From an uncultured Acidobacteriota bacterium (GTDB taxonomy: Bacteria > Acidobacteriota > JAQAZP01), in assembly GCA_963836075.1 (NCBI GenBank), contig CAWIIB010000009.1:3104001-3168000 (forward strand): a DNA stretch of 64,000 nucleotides. The letters run 5' to 3'. The notes under the pieces are model-generated. The model saw only the letters and a list, made by a program, of their open reading frames with translations, was not told where the DNA came from and made no database searches. Shown here in pieces: positions 63,771-64,000 of the stretch. The position numbers and the translations under genes are program-made. Position 1 is the stretch's first letter. The number at the start of each line of letters is the position of its first letter.

Positions 63771-64000
63771 TCACTCCCCCTGAAGTTTGCCTGTTTCGGG
63801 CCGGATCTCGAAAAGGTAGCCGTAGCCGTCAACCGACCGGGCGGTGAATTTCAACAGTTCGGGGTGCGTCTGGTCCGGGCGGCCCTGGCGGAACCAGCCG
63901 GCATTGGCGTAGAGCGCGGCCTGCTCCAGCGAAGAGGGATCCCTGGTGACCAGCAGCCACCGGGCCCCGGTCTTTCTGGCGTAGGTCACGGTCTGGGCCA
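63771..64000 (-). CDS. 3' end of a hypothetical protein entering from beyond the window
   Basis: Open frame to the window edge; no recognisable motif. Confidence 0.5.
   Translation of the reverse strand, partial: AQTVTYARKTGARWLLVTRDPSSLEQAALYANAGWFRQGRPDQTHPELLKFTARSVDGYGYLFEIRPETGKLQGE

Overview
GC-rich bacterial window. An acidobacterial-type VWA protein and an STK-coupled ECF sigma factor suggest an Acidobacteriota-like host, but the taxonomy is not certain. About half of the window (~30 kb, 14 genes) encodes signal-peptide proteins built by mix-and-match. A passenger (right-handed beta-helix, FG-GAP/VCBS repeats or an Omp28/thioredoxin-like domain) is joined to one of two conserved C-terminal modules: a ~330 aa 'GAGPG..GPHVR' FG-GAP-like repeat module usually ending near AGxF (CTD-A), or a ~130 aa 'EDVTPAPYNQPPYP' module ending in Pro (CTD-B). 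The ORF track misses or splits several features: (1) a candidate RiPP locus with three homologous ~87-88 aa Gly-rich peptides carrying a YxKP leader motif, next to a B12-binding radical SAM enzyme, with the third copy inside a 2.3 kb islet bounded by a duplicated tRNA-Leu 3' end; (2) four genes with in-frame UGA codons each followed by a SECIS-like hairpin: a PrxU-type peroxiredoxin, a UxxC thioredoxin-TPR lipoprotein, a UxxC Omp28-like protein fused to CTD-A, and a secreted beta-helix-type protein with a CDYG-U motif that I do not recognise as a known selenoprotein family; (3) a TTTTCATGGACAAT-like motif upstream of five surface-protein genes and the third peptide gene. Also present are purA, tRNA-Leu/Lys/Glu, a cutC-M81 peptidase-SSS transporter operon, an MNT/HEPN toxin-antitoxin pair, a REC-GAF-GGDEF protein and genes for GT2, DUF748, SGNH and AKR proteins. 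Many single-base frameshifts, several in homopolymers and densest at 52-61 kb, look like sequencing errors rather than pseudogenes.
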